From positions 28,502-92,501 of the forward strand of contig JANNBC010000060.1 in the NCBI GenBank assembly GCA_031385045.1: a stretch of 64,000 nucleotides of DNA, given 5' to 3'. The notes under the pieces were generated by a model that did no database searches, was not told where the DNA came from, and worked only from the letters and a program-made list of their open reading frames with translations. Made by a program: the position numbers and the translations under genes. How positions within the stretch are numbered: the first letter of the stretch is position 1; every line of letters starts with the position of its first letter. The stretch comes from a bacterium. Its GTDB lineage: Bacteria > Bdellovibrionota_C > UBA2361 > CALJRW01. Below, piece after piece: positions 58,809 to 64,000 of this stretch.

Positions 58809-58967
58809 ATGAATAAAGGAAGAATGATATTTGTTCTTTGGGATTTTATGAAAACCCGAAAGAAATTTTGGTTGATGCCAATTATTGTGGCTTTATTATT
58901 ACTGGGAGCATTGTTGATTTTCACTCAATCTTCAGCCTTAGCGCCGTTTATCTATACGCTTTTTTAA
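58809..58967 (+). CDS. SxtK/DUF5989-family small membrane protein (not in the ORF track)
   Basis: Manual translation MNKGRMIFVLWDFMKTRKKFWLMPIIVALLLLGALLIFTQSSALAPFIYTLF*. Confidence 0.9.
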   Translation: MNKGRMIFVLWDFMKTRKKFWLMPIIVALLLLGALLIFTQSSALAPFIYTLF

Positions 58968-59142
58968 AAGTCTGTATCGACTCGTTGCTCTGTCAAGGTT
59001 GGCCTTGAGGATATGTATGATTACATTGTTTTTGTTTTTTTTTAATGGTAATTATCCCTAGCCTCTTAAGCTTAGTTGTCTTTATTGAATAATAAAGTGC
59101 TAGCTTAAACTAATCTAAGTTAATTTAAATTATATTAAAATA

Positions 59143-59766
59143 ATGAAAAATTCAGTTATTAAGATTTTATTTATATTCTTACTTTTCTCGATCACTAATA
59201 GTGCTTTCGCGTTAGGTTCTTGCTTCCCAATTGAGACAGATGAAGTGATCTATGCACCAACAGTTGCCGAGTGTAATCATAAAGCTGGTGTTTTTCTTAG
59301 TGGAAATTTCTATGATTCATTCAGTGTAGTTTTTAGGGATTGTAATAATAACGATCGTGACCCGTGTTATAAATACCTAGGAGCAAGTAGCTGTGGTTCC
59401 AACTATAGCAGTCCTTTTAAGGCGATTTCCAAAAAGACTGTTCGCGTCAGTATTAATGGAGAGGGGCGATATGCTCAGCTATATTGTTTTCGTGAAAGTG
59501 GTAAGTCGGATATCTTTGATGAGATTGTCCGTCGTATAACTGTTAAACTTAAAAACCCTGTAGTTTCAGATAATGATTTAAGACGATATTGTTTGCCAGA
59601 TCGTGACATGCGCAGTCAGAAAATTCGTGTTCGAAGAGTTTACGCGACTGATGATATCGCTGGTACTGGGTATTCAGCAGTTTGTAATTCCCAACAATAT
59701 TTAGCATGTGAAACTTCTTACTGCTCAATTTGTGAATATGCCGTAGGTACTCCTTACTGTGATTAG
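59143..59766 (+). CDS. Secreted cysteine-rich hypothetical protein
   Basis: Signal peptide ending AFA, about a dozen Cys, followed by a terminator. Confidence 0.78.
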   Translation: MKNSVIKILFIFLLFSITNSAFALGSCFPIETDEVIYAPTVAECNHKAGVFLSGNFYDSFSVVFRDCNNNDRDPCYKYLGASSCGSNYSSPFKAISKKTVRVSINGEGRYAQLYCFRESGKSDIFDEIVRRITVKLKNPVVSDNDLRRYCLPDRDMRSQKIRVRRVYATDDIAGTGYSAVCNSQQYLACETSYCSICEYAVGTPYCD

Positions 59767-59816
59767 TCCTGAAGGATTTTACATTTAGTTAGTATCAATT
59801 GATTATTAACTATTTA

Positions 59817-59854
59817 GAACCAGTAACTTTTTAATTAAGGTTACTGGTTTTTTT
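59817..59854 (+). terminator. Rho-independent terminator
   Basis: AACCAGTAACTTT-ttaatt-AAGGTTACTGGTT followed by a T-tract. Confidence 0.8.
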
Positions 59855-59933
59855 AGTTCTTGATCCTGATGGATATTTGCTCAGGTTTGCAAGCAAAGTA
59901 TTTCAAAATGTCGAGCTCTTCAAGAGCCTGTTT

Positions 59934-60086
59934 TTAGGTAGCCATCTTGACGCGCCGATTCAATTCCTTGGCGCTTGGTTCATCCTCGCTAAGTGAGCTA
60001 GGCGGAATATCTCCGGCTGGAACATAAGTGCTCATCACAACTCCACTTGCTGAAACTTTGGAAGCGACGAGTCGCATCGCACATGG
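59934..60086 (-). pseudogene. C-terminal remnant of a dihydrofolate reductase-like (RibD C-terminal) gene
   Basis: Minus frame PCAMRLVASKVSASGVVMSTYVPAGDIPPSSLSEDEPSAKELNRRVKMAT*, preceded by an in-frame stop; GC higher than the flanks. Confidence 0.65.
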
Positions 60087-60272
60087 CTAGGTAACTTTTA
60101 ACACCTTTAATATTAATACAGGATAATTATATTAAGAATATTTGATAATTATGGAGACGTTAGTAGGCTTCATGGTGCAAAGGACATATTGTATTAAAGT
60201 CCTAGTTAATTATATCAGAAACCCCTTTGTTAGTTACTTGAATAGGGATTTAGTTTTCGTTATAGTTCTTTT

Positions 60273-61355
60273 ATGATGCAGTGCCCTTTAATTAGAATCG
60301 AATCTTCTCCTCATACCCTAAGTGGTTCAATCTCAGATTTAAATTTTCAATTTTCCTCTCCATCCATCTCTACTATGAGAAAATTGAGTAGTTTTACTAC
60401 CAACAGATGTTCAGAATATGCAGGAGAGATTCCTACGATCTTGATGGCGATTTACGATACACTTCAGGTTGCTAGAAGAGCACCACATTTATCCACTTTT
60501 TCCTTAGCAGGTAAGCCAATAAAAAATAAACGAGCTGATTGTTCTAGCTTTTTATCTGAGATTACGGATCGACTTGTGCCACTGATTGATCCAGCAACTT
60601 TTAGTAATAATTTTAAGACGCAATTAATAGTAGAGGGTGTAGTACAAATTGGTTGTAAATCTTCATTATTACTAAATTATGCTTTTATGAGGTTTCAGGA
60701 GTTCTTTGAATCTCCAGAATTTGCTGGAAAAAAATTTAGTAGAGAAGAATTTACATCTTGGTATGCTAACTCAGTTAAACAGGATTACCATTCATATTAT
60801 AACGATTGGGCAGGATTTAACTTACCATCGAGAGCAATTAGTGGATTTATCGCCGCCAAATTTGATGATTTAGAGCCAATCGAAAAATATTTACTAGATA
60901 CTATTATTAACTCTGTAGGGTCTTCAGAAAAGTTCTATGTAATTGGAACAAATCAAACAGAAGTTGATCTCACTCAAGTTGGTAAAGCAATTAATCAAAA
61001 ACCTGAAGATCATGATGAAGATTTATCTACCGTAGAGCATGAGCTGGCACATGCTTTGTATTATCTTAATGATCATTACAAAAATGAAGTAGATAAAATA
61101 CTCACAACTCTTGCGATTTCAGATGCAACAGCAATCAGCCAAAATTTAATTCGCGAGGGGTACACTGACGACGTGATCCTTGATGAAACGCATGCTTACT
61201 TATTGCATTTTAATAATCTTATTCATTACTATCCTAATTGGCAAAGGCTTGATATCGATCGCCAAGCTGTTTCTTCTGTTGCCAAGAAGTTACAAGGATT
61301 GTTTTTAGAGACTGTAGAATATTTAAAGCCCTCCAAGCAGGAATTAGTATCTTAA
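60273..61355 (+). CDS. Hypothetical protein with HExxH zinc-metallopeptidase motif
   Basis: VEHELAHALYY, downstream DETHAY, and FMRFQEFFESP..WAGFNLP block; start uncertain. Confidence 0.75.
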   Translation: MMQCPLIRIESSPHTLSGSISDLNFQFSSPSISTMRKLSSFTTNRCSEYAGEIPTILMAIYDTLQVARRAPHLSTFSLAGKPIKNKRADCSSFLSEITDRLVPLIDPATFSNNFKTQLIVEGVVQIGCKSSLLLNYAFMRFQEFFESPEFAGKKFSREEFTSWYANSVKQDYHSYYNDWAGFNLPSRAISGFIAAKFDDLEPIEKYLLDTIINSVGSSEKFYVIGTNQTEVDLTQVGKAINQKPEDHDEDLSTVEHELAHALYYLNDHYKNEVDKILTTLAISDATAISQNLIREGYTDDVILDETHAYLLHFNNLIHYYPNWQRLDIDRQAVSSVAKKLQGLFLETVEYLKPSKQELVS

Positions 61356-61670
61356 GAGCCTGTTTTCTAATGCTTTATATATAAGATTTTAATTTTTATT
61401 TTAGCTTAATTAAAAATATCAAAATACTTTAGTTTTTCCAATTAACCATCTCTTTCTTCAAACCTTCTTCGCTAAAGATATTGCCACAATTCTTAAGGTA
61501 TCAGCTTACTGGAGAAGCTCTTTGATCATCATCGATTGGCTTTTTTTCTTGCTAGTGGAGTTCATGGAGATTACCCATTTACAATGGCTACAGAAAACTA
61601 TTAAAGGGGATTGCTTACTCATAAACAATCGTTAGTATTGAGATCTACTTATTTATCATATCATGTTGAC

Positions 61671-62897
61671 GTGGATAAAAACCTATTGAAAGAGAAATTG
61701 CCAAAACGTGTCATCCTATTGGGCTGGGTAAGTTTCTTTGCGGATATTTCATCAGAAATGCTCTATCCTTTAATGCCGCTTTTTCTGGTGGGTGTCTTAG
61801 GTGCACCGATACTTGCTCTTGGATTTATCGAAGGCATTGCTCACGCAATAGTCAGTGTCATGTCAGCTTTTAGCGGCACAATTACAGATCGAACAGGGAA
61901 GAGAGTTTCCTTCATTCGCTGGGGGTACGGTCTCCCAGTTCTTGGAAAGACTATCATTTGTCTTGCTGGCTCTTGGTACTATGTTTTGCTTGGTCGCTCG
62001 GTAGATCGCTTGGGCAAAGGTTTAAGGGGTAGTCCGCGGGATGCCCTAATTGCGAATTCGGTTGATCCAATGAGGCGTGGAGAAGCCTTTGGGTATCACC
62101 GTATGATGGATACGGCGGGTGCCTTCGTTGGGGTCATCATTGCTGCTGCAGCCCTGTGGTTGCTTGAGGGACGGAATATCGAGATCGTTTATAGAATTAT
62201 CTTTGGGATTGCAGCAGTCTTAGCATTTTGCTCGCTAATTGTGAGTTTCTTAGTTAAAGAGAGTGAAGTAATTTCTGTTCAGCGAACTGCTGAAATGCTT
62301 CCAAGTAAGAGTTTTAGCCTGACGTTCATTGGGCTGAGCCGGGAATACTGGATCACGCTGATTATATTGACGGTCTTTGCTTTCGCAAATAGCAGTGATA
62401 CCTTTTTACTCCTGCGAGCGTCAGATGTTGGTTTATCGGCATTACAAGTAGTGTTGATCTATGCCTTGTATAATTTAAGCTATTCACTATTTTCATACTC
62501 TTCTGGGAAATTAAGCGATAGGTATGGGCGTTGGAAAATAATCACCATTGGCTGGGCAATCTACGCTCTCGTCTATTCAGGGATAGCTGTCACTGACAAC
62601 TTTTTTATCTGGGGTTTATTTGCTCTCTACGGAATCTACATGGCTCTAACAGAAGGTGTTAGTAAAGCCTTAATCGTGGATTGCGTCCCATCCATAAAAC
62701 AAGGAACTGCTCTTGGGATTCTTTACATGGCGTTAGGATTTAGTGCTCTATCAAGCAATCTTCTTGCAGGTTATCTCTGGGATAATTCTGGAAAGACAGC
62801 GCCTTTTTGGGTTGGAGCAACAATGGCTCTTGTCGCTATTCTAATAATTATTCTTTCAGGCAGATTAACAAAGAAGACCACTGCTGAAATTTCTTAG
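61671..62897 (+). CDS. MFS transporter
   Basis: VSFFADISSEM, DRLGKGLRGSPRDALIA, GKLSDRYGR and about 12 TM segments; GTG 61671 preferred. Confidence 0.92.
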   Translation: MDKNLLKEKLPKRVILLGWVSFFADISSEMLYPLMPLFLVGVLGAPILALGFIEGIAHAIVSVMSAFSGTITDRTGKRVSFIRWGYGLPVLGKTIICLAGSWYYVLLGRSVDRLGKGLRGSPRDALIANSVDPMRRGEAFGYHRMMDTAGAFVGVIIAAAALWLLEGRNIEIVYRIIFGIAAVLAFCSLIVSFLVKESEVISVQRTAEMLPSKSFSLTFIGLSREYWITLIILTVFAFANSSDTFLLLRASDVGLSALQVVLIYALYNLSYSLFSYSSGKLSDRYGRWKIITIGWAIYALVYSGIAVTDNFFIWGLFALYGIYMALTEGVSKALIVDCVPSIKQGTALGILYMALGFSALSSNLLAGYLWDNSGKTAPFWVGATMALVAILIIILSGRLTKKTTAEIS

Positions 62898-63115
62898 CGT
62901 TTCAAAAAATTTCAGTAATGCTGTCCTGTTTGTGAAACGTTTAGAACTTTATTTAAGAAATACCAATTAGTTGTTGGTCAATTTCTAAGTGGATGTTTAA
63001 GTGGTATTTATTTAGATAATAATTTATTTTATTCTACAAATCATGAGATATCCAGGGGTAATAGGTGATGTGAGTTGCCTGTCTTCCAAGGAAAAAGGAT
63101 CTAAAGGAAATTACG

Positions 63116-63394
63116 ATGAAGCTAAGATATAAAATTGAACAAGAAGACTTGATCGCTTTTAACCGCTATCACGTGGACCATTCTCCAGCCCTAGTAAGAA
63201 CAAAGAGGTTTTACATGTGGGGTATACCAACAGCATTAATTATTTCATCAGTACTCCTTGCTAACTTTTTTGATCCTTTGACTACTTTATTTATTGGAGG
63301 AATAAGTGCGATATTCTTTGCTATTTCCTTCAATAAGACTTGGTATAAAGCTTGCGATAAGCAAGTTATAAAACTTTATGGTGAAGGACTTTGA
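63116..63394 (+). pseudogene. YcxB-like membrane protein, 3'-truncated
   Basis: MKLRYKIEQEDLIAFNRYH plus two TM helices; stops at KLYGEGL before the expected soluble domain. Confidence 0.55.
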
Positions 63395-63750
63395 TTACCC
63401 GAGTGGTAAGGAGGGCGATGTGCTCACGGTGGAATTCACTGTTATGGGCATTGAGTGTATCGGACTCAACAGCGCCAGAGTTTAGTCATACTGAGGCCTT
63501 TTCATTCCAGGTCGCTACAGACAATCAAGAGGAAACAGATCGCTATTGGAGTGCGATTGTCGGCAACGGCGGTAAAGAAAGTGAATGCGGTTGGTGTAAA
63601 GATCGCTGGGGGATTTCCTGGCAGATTACACCTCGCACACTTACTGATGCGCTTGCGGCTGGTGGAGCTGAGGCAAAAAATGCTTTCGAAGCTATGATGA
63701 CAATGACGAAGATCGACGTGGCAATTATCGATGCTGCGCGAGCTGGTTAA
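63393..63750 (+). pseudogene. VOC/PhnB (3-demethylubiquinone-9 3-methyltransferase-like) gene, 5'-truncated and frameshifted
   Basis: Frame from 63393 reads DYPSGKEGDVLTVEFTVMGIECIGLNS, then shifts near 63473 into PEFSHTEAFSFQVATDNQEETDRYW..CGWCKDRWGISWQITP. Confidence 0.85.
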
Positions 63751-63895
63751 TCGACATTTCTAGGAGGTTTCAAGCTCAATTAAAAGTAGATGCTTCTGAA
63801 TGCTCTTTTTTTATCATAATTCATCTAATCTTTAACCTGAATAAAGCTAAATTTTATAATAATATGAATTGAGTTCTATTTAGAAGAGTGGATTT

Positions 63896-64000
63896 GCCCG
63901 TCTACGTTAGCCTTTGGCTAACTTCGCCGTGGCCACCGCGTCCTATTAATTTTGAAGGTTCCCGCAGGGAAACCTCAAAATTAATAGAGACGGGTGGGGT
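63896..64000. repeat. REP-like multi-hairpin element, possibly continuing past the window end
   Basis: CCGTCTACG-TTAGCC-ttt-GGCTAA-CTTCGCCG, then a long hairpin CCACC.CGTC-CTATTAATTTTGA..CCC-gca-GGG..TCAAAATTAATAG.GACG-GGTGG. Confidence 0.7.

Noticed and set aside
56553..58967. Saxitoxin biosynthesis cluster
   Set aside because: No sxtA, sxtG, sxtB or other core genes in the window.
63391..63750. Intact 119-aa VOC protein as listed in the ORF track
   Set aside because: Its first ~27 residues are out of frame; the homologous sequence lies in another frame and lacks the N-terminus.

Overview
AT-rich bacterial chromosome segment from a diderm (LptE, OmpA and type IV pilin genes present). The overall style suggests a Deltaproteobacteria/Bdellovibrionota-like lineage, but that is only an impression. 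About 1.6-27.4 kb is the str/S10/spc/alpha ribosomal supercluster, rearranged in three ways: rpoBC is not upstream of rpsL, a 6.5 kb block (two metallophosphoesterases, a GT-C-like membrane protein, ygfA-leuC-leuD) splits rplO from secY, and map, infA and rpsD are absent from their usual places. EF-Tu has a non-canonical switch I region, S12 has Pro at the streptomycin-contact Lys87/88, and several intergenic spacers are long and structured. 27.6-47 kb holds housekeeping and accessory genes (fabI, lptE, ymdB, dcd, rpsT, TrmB-like regulator with an orphan binding protein, pilin pseudogene, ompA-like, pyk, dprA, protease, DEAD helicase). It also contains REP-like palindromes and a 198-bp TA-flanked cloverleaf element that carries an inverted copy of its own two ends. 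47-59 kb is a probable surface-glycan tailoring locus (pyruvyltransferase, FrhB-like Fe-S flavoprotein, methyltransferase, epimerase, GT4, SGNH, SxtI/J/K-like carbamoylation module). 59.9-64 kb is a mosaic that includes truncated gene fragments. No rRNA, complete tRNA, CRISPR array or intact transposase was seen. All calls come from reading motifs by eye; no database searches or folding programs were run.
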